In this document: positions 49,901-61,900 of the stretch, piece after piece
How the letters are laid out: each line of letters opens with the position of its first letter
Numbering within the stretch: the stretch's first letter is position 1
Origin: Podarcis tiliguerta
Lineage: Eukaryota
Length of the DNA stretch: 64,000 bases
Assembly: GCA_965153285.1 (NCBI GenBank)
Contig: OZ229112.1
Direction: 5' to 3' (one strand)
Notes under the pieces: model-generated
What the model was told of the DNA's origin: nothing
Databases searched by the model: none
Seen by the model: the letters and a program-made list of their open reading frames with translations, nothing else
Program-made: the position numbers and the translations under genes

Positions 49901-52900
49901 GGTAAATCATAGTTTGGGAATTTCATATACCCATGAGAAAGTAGTTTTCCTTTCTTGATAAAAAATATCTCAATAGATTCCTTTGTACTAAATATTCTGC
50001 AAACATAGTCTAAAAACTGCATTAATTCATCTGTTTAAATTTCCTGACTTTCAAACTGTGACACAAAACTGTAATGTATTTTTTATTTAAAATATTTATT
50101 ATCTATTCTTCATTGCAAATGCAATTAGCTGTTACAGGATAATATAAAGGTGTGCTATGGTGGCTGCAGAGATGAAGTGCGGGGGGGGCGGGCACAAGTA
50201 GAATAGTCAGATGCGGGGATTAAGTGGAGGCTAGCAGTAAGGAGAAAAAAATTTTAATCGCCACAATGCAACTGGTGAGAAAAATACAAGAAGGTAAGTG
50301 ACTACATGTTGGCTTAATATGTTCTAGGTTTGGGGCATTACAATAACAAGCATATATATAACAATTAAACAAAAATACAAGAAAACCATAAAATACAATA
50401 AAATCCTAGAAAAACAGAAACATAGTAGCACACTTTAAAAGCATCTTAAGAGACAAGGGAAGCCTGACTTCATTTGTCTTTGAGATATAGATTGTAGGGA
50501 GTAACTGAATTCCAGATTAAAAATACAGCAATAAAATATTTGAGGCTGGTATTTTTTTTTATAAGATTGAAAAACTACCAAAAGTGGAATGGTGGAATGT
50601 AAGATTAAGGAAGAGATTGAGAGATTGGGTCTCTTAGCAATTACTATTTTACCTAATACTTAAGTGACTGACTAATATTTAAAATAGCTGATCTTAAAAA
50701 AATAGAAGATGAATAGTGAAAATTGCATGTGTTGTATCTATCCCTTTCTAGACAATCCGTTGAACAATGAGAATTCTCGAACCTCCATAATTGCAACAAG
50801 CAAAACATCTGTAAAGTCTTCAATTTTTCATAAAGATGCTGCTACTCTGGAACCACCTTCTTCTGCTAAGATTACCTTTCAGTGTAAACACACAAGTGCC
50901 CTTTCTTCTCATATTTTGAACAATGATGACTTAGAAGGGCTTTCTCAGCCAAACAAAGGAGACATAAGACCTGAATTGTCAGTCCATTCTCTTACAAAAG
51001 AAAGCACTTACAATGTGAAATACCCAACATCCTTCAATAATATTCTCCATTCTGAAAATTCACACACAGAAAGTAATAAAAGTGGAATATTCCCTGCTTC
51101 GTGTGAAACAGTTTATGAAGACATTTCCTCAGTAAGTAGGCATTTGCCTCACAGAAAGTACACTGGAATAAGAAAAACTACAAAGGATGTATCTCTGCAT
51201 ATGAACCACCAAATGGGTGAAAGTATTTCGGTTCAAAATTCTAACTTTTCAGATTTGGTCCACTCCAAAAATAAAGCATCCTATGAAGCAAATAAAAAAG
51301 CCGGCAACACAAATACAGATAACCTCTTCCCAGCACCAGAAAACTGTGAAATGGTGTCTTGCTCAGAGGGTAATCGAACTAGTATTTATTCTGCTGAAGG
51401 TAGCATTGATGGAGATGGCCTTAATAACCTTAAAATTAGATATGAAGAATTTCAGGAGCATAAAGCTGAAAAAACAAATGTTAATCAACAAGCAGCACAT
51501 TACATGTTCTTTCCTAGTGTTGTTCTTTCTAATTGTCTCAGTCAGCCACAAAAATTAGGTCCTGTTAAATATAAATTGAAAAAAGGCAGGAAACAATCTA
51601 GGTTAAAACTAAATAAAAAGAAAGTAATTCTTAGCAATCAGCCGTCTACCACTGTCAGCGATATTGCTTCCACAAAAGAGAGCTGCTATGTACAAGGTAA
51701 TGCTAGTAATAACATTCCTGATAAAGAGAGTTTGTTACCAAATGATATCATTCAAGTTTCTCCTGGTGCTTCAGAAAATAAATTGTCTATGGATACAAGT
51801 AATTGTATTGACTGCCATTTTGAAGATGGAGCTGATGGTGCTCGAGAACCTGAGCAGGCGTTTGGGCTATGTGGAAATAAGTACACACTCAGAGCTAAAC
51901 GCAAGATAAATTATGAAACCGAAGACAGCGAATCTAGCTTTGGTGTGCATAATTCAAAAATTAGCCTACCTCATTCTTTGGAAAATGATGAAAATGTTGA
52001 TGGGTCAAAGAAATGTCGAAAACGAAGAAAACTTTCTAAAAAATTACCACCTGTTATTATAAAATATATTATTATAAATAGGTTCAGAGGGAGGAAAAAT
52101 ATGCTTGTTAAACTAGGAAAAATAGATTCTAGTGAGGAGCAAGTTACACTTACAGAAGAAAAAATGAATCTATATAAAAAACTTGCACCTTTAAAGGACT
52201 TTTGGCCCAAAGTTCCTGATTCGCCTGCAACCAAATATCCTATTTATCCATTAATGCCAAAGAAAGGTCACAAAAGAAAAGCAAAATGCAAGTCAACCAA
52301 GAAAAAGGTTGGAAAACTGCAAAACATGAACAGTAAAAATATTAAAAGAACCCTATATTTCAGAAGAAGAACCTCTGCCTTTCTGTCTCCCCCTCTACCA
52401 TCATATAGCACTGAAGCTGAAGACTGTGACTTGAACTATAGCGATGTTATGTCTAAATTAGGTTTTCTGTCAGAAAGAAGTGCAAGTCCAGTTAATGTAT
52501 CCCCACCTCGCTGTTGGTCTCCCACCGACCCAAATGCAGAAGAAATTATTAATAATCTAGAAAAAGAAACATTAGTGTTTAAAAATGCTACCACATATAG
52601 CACTAAGACTGTTAATTCCTATACAGGAAAACATAGTCAAGCAAAAGCTCAGACTAAAAAATGTAAAAAGCAATTTGTTAATACTACTGTTAGAGTTAAT
52701 AAAAAGATTAGGAATAATCTGACTAACAAAACTGGAAATGAGGTGAAGAGAAAGCCTAGAGCAAAACAAAAACATAAAATAGAAAAAGTGTCAAAGTTGA
52801 TGACAGGAGCAGATGAAAAAAGTAGTATTCCTCCTTCAACTGAGGTTAAACTTGTGCTGAACCACCATGATTTACCTGAGAATGCTCACAGCTTGGGAAA

Positions 52901-55900
52901 CTCGCAGCCACTTTGTACCCAAAAAGATATCCAAGCAACTGGCTGTTCAACAGGGCATTTACCATCAGCACAACTGCCATTGACAGCTCATGCACAAGTA
53001 AATCCATTGATATATTTCCATTCACTCTTGGAAAATGAAAAGCCTGTAGGATATCAAGGTTCCCTCCTGACACAGGAGGACCATCATCCAGCCATAACTT
53101 CTGTGGTGTCTGGAAAGGAAAAAGCCAAAATGAATTTCCAAAGAGCTACTAGTCAAAGTGGTATGTTTAGGACAAAAGAACCAATTCAAAATAATTTATT
53201 TGACCAGTCTCACCATATATCTCAGGTAGCACTGAATGCATACAGTTCTAAAGATATAATGCATAAAAAGGCTGAAGAGGTTACAAATTCGCAGTGCAGA
53301 CTTTTATCCCCTGTTGGAAATGTAAATGAAAATTATATTTCTTCAGATGCAATGAAGATTGATCAGATTCATCCCAGTAAACTTTTGCATTGTAAAGATA
53401 ATCAGCAGCAGATCGTTTATCTTCCAGAATCAACAAAAAATGCTGAGCATATTTCTTCTTTTTTTAAAACTTCTGAAGAAAGCCATGGATCTTTTCAGTT
53501 GCCAAAAAAATGCTTTGTAGCTTCTTTGAGAAGTCCAGTTAAAAAGCTGGGATGGGAACAGAAGCAAAGAGGATTTATTTTGGATATGTCACATTTTAAC
53601 CCTGAAAAAAATATAAAACAAAAGGGTCTGTCAGAAACAACCTCTCAAACCAAAGCTGATTCGCAGTGTAAAGGCAAGACACTGGTAACACCCTCAGCAT
53701 TCAGTGAAGGACATTCTGGCTTAGCTGTTCTTAAGGAATTACTTCAAAAAAGACAACAAAAAGCACATCTAAACAACATGCATGAGCAGTTTTCATTTAA
53801 AACTCAGTTGAACAGAAGTGCTTCCTACCCTCTTGATCAAAACAAATCAGTTAAAAAATCACGTTCAGTTGCATCCCCAAGAAATCCTCGTACATCTAGG
53901 GAGAAAAAATCTAAAGAAAAAAATCTCAAGCTTTTAAAAGATTCTGCAAAGCAGCAAAACAGTAAGACTGGCCATGTGTTATCTGTTGATAGCCCGGTTT
54001 TTGGTTCAGATCCAGGTTTTGAAAGTTGCTACTCACTTGAAGACAGCCTGTCACCTGATCATAATTACAATTTTGATATTAATACTATAGGACAGACTGG
54101 ATTTTGCAGCTTTTATTCTGCAAGTCAGTTTGTCCCTGCAGATCAAAATCTACCACAGAAGTTTCTGAGCGATGTAACTCAGGACCTTTTTCCAGGTCAG
54201 GCAGCAGAAATGGATCTTTTAAGTCATAATAGCAAAATTTCTAAGGAAGAAAACCATTATTCTTCAGACCCCACAGCTTGGTTAAGATCTGGTCCACTAA
54301 GTCCTCAGCTTTTTGATAAAAGGTGCCCGGATACGAATGAAAACCATCTCCACAGCCAGTGGAAAAATAACATTATTACAGCAACATCTGAACCTAGCTT
54401 ACCACTAGATGTGCAACAGGCAGAGATGTGCCAAAAGGAACAATTTCAGTTGGAGAGAAATGCTGTGAAGAAAGGAATATTTCTTAACCTTTCATCGCCA
54501 AATAGTGATTGGAGTCAAAACCACTTTAGAAAGGAAGCCACTTTTGAACCTGTTCAGTCACTTGATTCGATTAGTATATCTTTTTCTTCCATTTTATCAT
54601 CACCGGATGGTGAACTTATGGATGCAGCTTCTGAAGATTTAGAGCTGTATATTTCAAGAAACAATGAGGGATTAACACCAACCCCAGATAGTTCACCAAG
54701 ATCTACAAATTCCCCCTCACAGTCAAAAAATGGAAGTTCTACACCTCGTGCTGCTCACATCCTTAAGCCTCTCATGTCACCTCCAAGTCGTGAAGAAATT
54801 ATGTCAACTTTACTGGATCACGATCTTGCAGAAGCAATTTATCAGGAACCATTTTGCAGCAACCCTTCTGATGCACCAGAAAAGCCAAGGTAATGTGGTA
54901 ATACCAGTGGACTGTAGTCACATTTTTCTATTTTATACCTATGTATTTTTAGTTGGCGTTAACATAATTTATATAGTCATGGAAATATTAGGTGTAGCTT
55001 TAATGTAGCATTCTCTCCTATACCCTTAAGCAAGAGCCAGAATTGCATGGGGTTAAAGTAGCTCATTAATCTACAACAGGGTTTCCAAAACTTGGATCTC
55101 CAACTATTTTTGGACTACAACTCCCATCATCCCTAGCTAGCAGGACTAGTGGTCAGCAGTGGTGGGACTTGTAGTCCAAAAAGAGCTGAAAACTCAAGTT
55201 TGGGAAATCCTGAGATTTTATAAAAAGAAAATACTCTGTTTTATCTTTTCAGATTCATAAATTCTGGGCACCTTAAAGAATTTAACATAAGGTTGTATTC
55301 AATGTTGCATGTGTAGAAAACAAACTTGCACAGTCAGTCTTACCTTTCCCCTCCTGCTCCTATTAGCTATATTGTAAAACCTCTCCAGAGGGTGGGGGCA
55401 TAGCATACTGTATTACACAAGGCTGAAGTTGGCAGGAGGTATCACCCAAAATTGAGCAGAAGGACTTATAAAGGAAAAGGAAAAGATCTATTCTGCAAAT
55501 TCCTCCTGCTCATGCAATACTGAATACAATTCATAGTCATTAGCTATTGCTATGGGGAGTATTGAAATGTGAATCAAAACTTTAAATATCTGCTTCTTCT
55601 TTGAAATGTTGATGACCTAATTTGGATATTGACAAATACAAGAGTTGATATTATGTGATGGAATCTTTTTACCTGACAGTTCTTTCCTTCTATTAAGATA
55701 AATTTATTGTTAACTGAAAATAATATCTTCACAGAGAAATTGGAGGACGACTGCTTACAGTAGAAACCAGACTTCCAAATGACCTACTTGAGTTTGAGGG
55801 AGACTTCTCATTGGAAGGGCTACGACTATGGAAGACTGCATTTTTGGCAATGGCACAAAGCCCTAGACCAGGCTCTCCGCTTCGCAGTAGCCAATCCATT

Positions 55901-58900
55901 ACTGACAAAAAGCAAAGAAATAACCGTAAAACTAGTGAAGACAAAAAGATAGTGATCATGCCTTGCAAATGTGCACCAAGTTGCCAGCAAGTTCAGTCAT
56001 GGCTGCAGGCAAAAGAAGATTATGAACACTTTAGGAAAAGAATGATTACCAAATCGATTGAGGTGGAAAAGGTTGATGAGAGTTTGAACCGCACGTCTTT
56101 GCCAAAAAACACGTGTTATCAAATGGCCAAGGCAGTTGAGAATTCTATCTTGCCAAGCAAAAGTGTTGTAGGATCAGAAGGTACTTGTTTTTCATCCTCA
56201 AATCCAATGCCAACACAAACCATGGAAAAGCATGATACAGATATCCCTGAAATGAGTAAGACTGTGCTGCTTGACACTGCAGCAATAGAAACAGACAGGG
56301 ATGAGGAGAATTATGTTGATTATAGCTCCCCTGATTCATCAGTGCTTCCTCCTTGGCAACAAGTAACATCCCCAGATTCCAAACAATCTTCCTCAGAAGA
56401 TTCAGAGGATATTTTATCCTCTATAGAAGAAAATGAAACATTAACAGATGGAGAACAGAAGCTTGTCAAAGAGGAAAGCAAGATACCCTTCACTGTCTCC
56501 CCATTTGTGAACAAAGGATGCAATAGTAATTCTGAAACTGCTTGCCTGCATAGTACACCCCTTAGAGAGGAAATGTGTAAAGGAGGAATAAATGAAACAC
56601 CTCGATTCACTCCATTATTACCAGGTAAGATTATGAAAGGAGTGGTTTGCAGAAATTGAAAGTGAAATTATGCAAACATATATGTACTTATGTAATAGAA
56701 GATAGCAACAAAAGCTTGAAACCACTTATGGAAGTACTATTAGACAAGTAGTTTAAGGTTTACTAATAGAAAATAGCCTTAACCAGAATAACTTGATTTT
56801 TTCCATAATATGTAATTAGCATGACCAAGGAAATGAAGATTAATTTTTATACTTGGGATAACTTTTAGGACCAGCAGTATAAGATGCTTCAGTGTCAGAC
56901 CATTCTATGCCTTGATATTGTACTTAACATTTTGCAGCTTTTGAAAAATTAATTCAGTAATACTAAAGGATGCTTTGAGGGGATGCGGGTGGCACTGTGG
57001 GTTAAACCACAGAGCCTAGGACTTGCCGATCAGAAGGTCGGCGGTTCGAATCCCCACGACGGGGTGAGCTCCCGTTGCTCGGTCCCTGCTCCTGCCAACC
57101 TAGCAGTTCAAAAGCACATTAAAGTGCAAGTAGATAAATAGGTACCGCTCCGGCGGGAAGGTAAACGCATTTCTGTGCACTGCTCTGGTTCACCAGAAGC
57201 GGCTTAGTCATGCTGACCACATGACGCGGAAGCTGTACACCGGCTCCCTTGGCCAATAAAGTGAGATGAGCGCTGCAACCCCAGAGTCGGTCATGACTGG
57301 ACCTAGTGGTCAGGGGTCCCTTTACCCTTTACCTAAAGGATGCTTTAGTATATTTTTGTTGTGGTAGTCACTCATTACTTTCTTCTCTTTCCTTCACCCC
57401 AGATCCAAACATTCAGAAATTGAATCCTAGAAGGGGAAGGAATATTGATGCTTTTCGAAAAGTACTTTTAAGAACTCAAGTCAAGGTAAAAATAGAATTG
57501 GATGCATTTTTATTAGGCTCAATTTTAGTTATTTTCTGAGTTCTGAAGTAAAATATTTTACCTTTTTACATTACGGTAAGGATACTTCTGTACAATAATT
57601 ATACTTCTAATTTTTCTTAATTGAAATTGCATCATAATATTTGCACTGAAAAGTGTCTTGATAACAACTGATGCAGAACACAGCAAGTGATTAACTGCAT
57701 CTGACCATTGTGAACACATCAGTCTGCCGTTAAAAGAAAATCAGTAGCTCCCACTTTATTTCTGGACTCAATTCATAATACTGATTTGGGTATATTTGAA
57801 TACTGCAGGGCTCTAGCATGTTTTGTAAAACAGTCCTTCTGTGAGCAGAAATTGCATTCTGTGCCAGAAAACTACCTTTAACTCTTTGGTACTTATCTGT
57901 AGGTAACAAAATGATCCTGATTGTGAATAATGTTGACCCCCCCCCCAGTCAAATTCTATATTAGTTTGACTTTCCTTAGTGTAAATACATTTAGAATGCA
58001 TATTGGGCAACTAGAACCTGATTTAGTCAGACTAGGGGACCCATTCCTATACACCTGTAGCAGCAAAGGACCCCTTGTTCCTGTGGTGCAATTGCTTGTG
58101 GCTGATATGCATGTGTGAATACTGGAATCACATTGATAGAGTTAGTTGCTTCCCTCCTCCAGCCTTTTATTGCTTAGCCAAAAGTTAGGAAACAGTTGGT
58201 GCGCAACCTTACAAGATTTGCCATACCCATATGGTTGCTCCATTTAGACACACTCTTAGTGGTGTGTCTAACGCTACAGTGAAATGGTTCTCATGCATGT
58301 GCATGTAAATAGAACAGAAGTTTGATATGGCAGGGCTTCTGTTCCTGGAAATGGGTATGAGTTAATATATTTTATTACTGTTAGCAACTGAAGAAAATGA
58401 GTAATCCAAATAATTAGTAATCCCAATAATTGAATTTGTTCAATAATTAGACTTGGTAGAGTTAAGGCCTTAATCAGTGAAAAGTTTATTGTTGTTAATG
58501 TATTATTTTTACAGAACCGATTCACGCCTTTAAATGCCCCAAAGAAAGAGACTTCTCAGATTGAAGGACCATCATTAAACAACTCATATGGTTTTAAAAT
58601 AAGTGTACAAAATCTTCAAGAAGCAAAGGCTTTACATGAGGTAATTTACAGTATTATTGAAGACGCTTTACCTATGGTTGCGTTTGTTTTTTCTGTGTCT
58701 TTAGCAATTCCTGGTTTTATCTGTAAGCTGCCTTGAGTCATGTCAGGGGGAAAGGTGGGATATTTCTTTCATTCTTCCGCCAGATTTAGCATTTAAGAGG
58801 GTTTGTGTTTTACTCAAACTGCTGTGGCAGTAACCAAAATTGTGTGGTTGCTGCTGTGGCAGTAACCAAAATGTGAGATTCTTGATTTCTAATTTAAATA

Positions 58901-61900
58901 CATCCAGGATTTAAGAATTTTAGTATATGACTGCTTATCCACTGGATTTATTTATTATATTGTACAGGCAGCCTTCCATTTACTCACGTTCAATATGTCC
59001 ACGATTGTGTATATGTGCATTGTGCCAAACTTGGAAGTGACCCAGAAACAGCATAAAGACGTCACTGAACCATCACCAAAGGGGTGGAATGGGGTGTTTG
59101 CAGGCTTTTTCAATGAGTTTCAATTTTATGTGAGTTCACTGACCCTTGTGGTGCCTCGGAACATAACCCACATGTAAATGGGGGGTTGCCTGTATTCTAT
59201 TTTTATCCGGCTCTTCAAACAAATACTGTCTCCCAAAACTGCTCACATCAATAAAACAATGGCATGTCTTGTCATCAGACTAGGAAATTAAAAAGGCAAG
59301 ATACATGATGGATGGAAGAAAGGGGAAAGGAAAGAAACGAAAAGAGAGAGGAGGAGGTTTGTTAATGCCAGGATGAAGTTGTGAACTGGACCCAGCTGAT
59401 CTTTCTTTGCTGTTTTTCTTGCTTGTATAGAAGTGGTGCAACTACCCAGTGGCTCTTTGTAGATGGCAATAAGGAGATAGGCAAATCTTGGAGTAAAATG
59501 GTCAATATATATCAAATGTAACAGAAGTAAAGTTGTGTCAAAGTAATGCATGTAGCTTATGTGTAACACAAAATGGAATACCCAAGGAAGGCAAAAAGTA
59601 TGCTTTTTCATAGCTTATCTGGAGCCATTAAAAACATGCTTCTTGAACCCTCAAATGAGTAACCAGTTGTGACCTGGGGTAAACTTGCCAAGCCCAGAAT
59701 GGATGAGTTGTACTGTCTGTCTGGCCCTGACTGAGGTAGATATATGCAGAGCCTTATCTAGGCCTGCAAATTTCACTCAGGAAGACCCATAAGACCCAGG
59801 AAACCTGGCTTCTGTGAGACTTTCTCTCATAGGTCCCATGAGATTTGGAAATCCCCAGGTCTCAAACTTTCCCTCCCTGGCATCGCAACAGCCAGGGTAG
59901 GTGTGCTGGATGGACACTGAGTAATCTCCCTACCTGCAAACTTGTAGCCTCAACAAGCCTTGTTATCGTCACAGATCCCCTAGGCCTCTGGCTGGTGGCA
60001 GAAGCATTCTCATCACTTCTAAAGTCATGGGACAACTGGCAGTTACAGCAGAGTTCTTTCTGAAGGGAAGGAGGAAAGCAACTTTCCTGCAGCTGTTTCT
60101 TTTTCAGCTATCTAAAAATATTGCAGGCATTTAAAAAATGAAGTATTTAACACAGCCCTGGAAATTGTTTTGGTATGCTTTGTGTATTGTGAATGAAACC
60201 ACCTGCCTTTAAAATAAATTTAATGTGAAGTCTAAATTTCAGAGCCATTCAAGCAGGGTGGATGCTATGTGTCAGTTTTCCTCTTGCACACTGGTCATAT
60301 CCTGAATTAGGTAAAAATATGTATTATTATGGAACATTGTATAATAGGGCAATTCTTGCTCTGTTTACATAGTGATTAAAAATTAGCTGATGTGGGAGTT
60401 TCTGGGTATCGTGACTGTAATTTCTTATATGGGTGCTTGTTTGGTAGTGATTGCATTTGAATATTAATATTTGGTTTTGGCATCCTGCTAAAAAAAAATT
60501 CTCAGAAAGTGTGAAGATAGGGAATGACACAAGCTGTTTGAAATACAGTGCTAACAAAATGTAATGCAGTGTATAAAATACATGACTTCTAAGTATCAGA
60601 TACTTGCTGTAGATTGGTACTTTGAAAAAAATGCATAAATCTTCAATAGTCTAGATCTCCTATACTTCTTTCATTTAATCCCAGTTATTATAATTATCAC
60701 AAAGCATACTCTATATTTTTCTCAATTTTCACAAGCAAACGTGAGGTTATTTTTATTGCCCAGCCTGTAAAATAAATTGATAGTTTCGTATTTGATTTGA
60801 TTCAAAGGTATCTTAAAAGAAGATAACTATGTATACTTTTTGCTGTAGGTTCAACATCTTACACTTCTCAGTGTAGAGTTACATGCTCGAACAAGAAGAG
60901 ACTTGGAGGCAGATCCTGAATTTGATCCTATCTGTGCTCTGTTCTACTGCATATCATCTGACACACCGTTGCCAAATACTGATAAAATGGAAATCACTGG
61001 TGCTATAGTGATTGATAAAGACAGAACAAGAACAATCTCAAGCCAAGGTTCTTATTTCAATTTTATTTTAGGAATTTACTTCAGTGTTTGAATGTTGTCA
61101 TATTTGGGTATTAATGAACAATATGAGAAAATGTGGCTTTGAAGGATCTTTGCTAGTGTTGTTTAAATTTATGTCATCTCACTGTCCAATCATGAGAAGC
61201 ATAGTAATGGTTTCTACCTTATATCTTCCTGCGCACATTTGCAAGGGCTATAATGCTTTTAAATACCAATTAATAATATATTAAACCAAAGTTTAATATT
61301 TCACGGCATGCTCCTGCAGAAGTCCAGAAGATATAAACAGGAAAACATGTCTTAGAAGGAAGTGCTCAAAACCCTTGTGCTGGACCAGTTCCTTTTAGTT
61401 TGCATTGGGGCTGTTCGAGAACAGCAACTTTGGTAATCTGTCAAAATTGATTTTAGTAGAAATAGCAAGTTGATTTTGTTAAATATTGCATAAGGGTTGT
61501 TGTGTGGTTTTCTCTGATCTTTGTAGGGTCTAAACAGGGCCCTTATTGTATTGTACCTTTTTGGCTTTGTTTAGACCAGTGATACTCAACCTGTGGCTCT
61601 AGAGCCGGATGCTCTTGAGGCCCTACAGGCGGCTCTCGCAGTGTAGGCATCTGATCGGCGCTCCATTCTATCAGGCAGCGCGGGGAGCACTGACCAAAGG
61701 ACCGGCAGTGTGGGAGTCACTGAAGTACCTCCTCCCATAGGAGGAAAGCGAAGGAGCTGCTGGGATCTCCCCACAGGTAAGAATAGAAATTGCCTCCAAC
61801 CCAGCAGCCATGGGGGGAGAATGGGGAAACCTCCCTCTTTTTCCCAGCAGCTAATAGAAACTGAAGATTACAAAATGTCTTGTAACATATGATATTTGTG

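Noticed and set aside
50709-50751. ATG of the 1394-aa ORF as an independent start
   Set aside because: It lies in the intron's branch and pyrimidine region; the exon starts at 50752 in phase with exon 12
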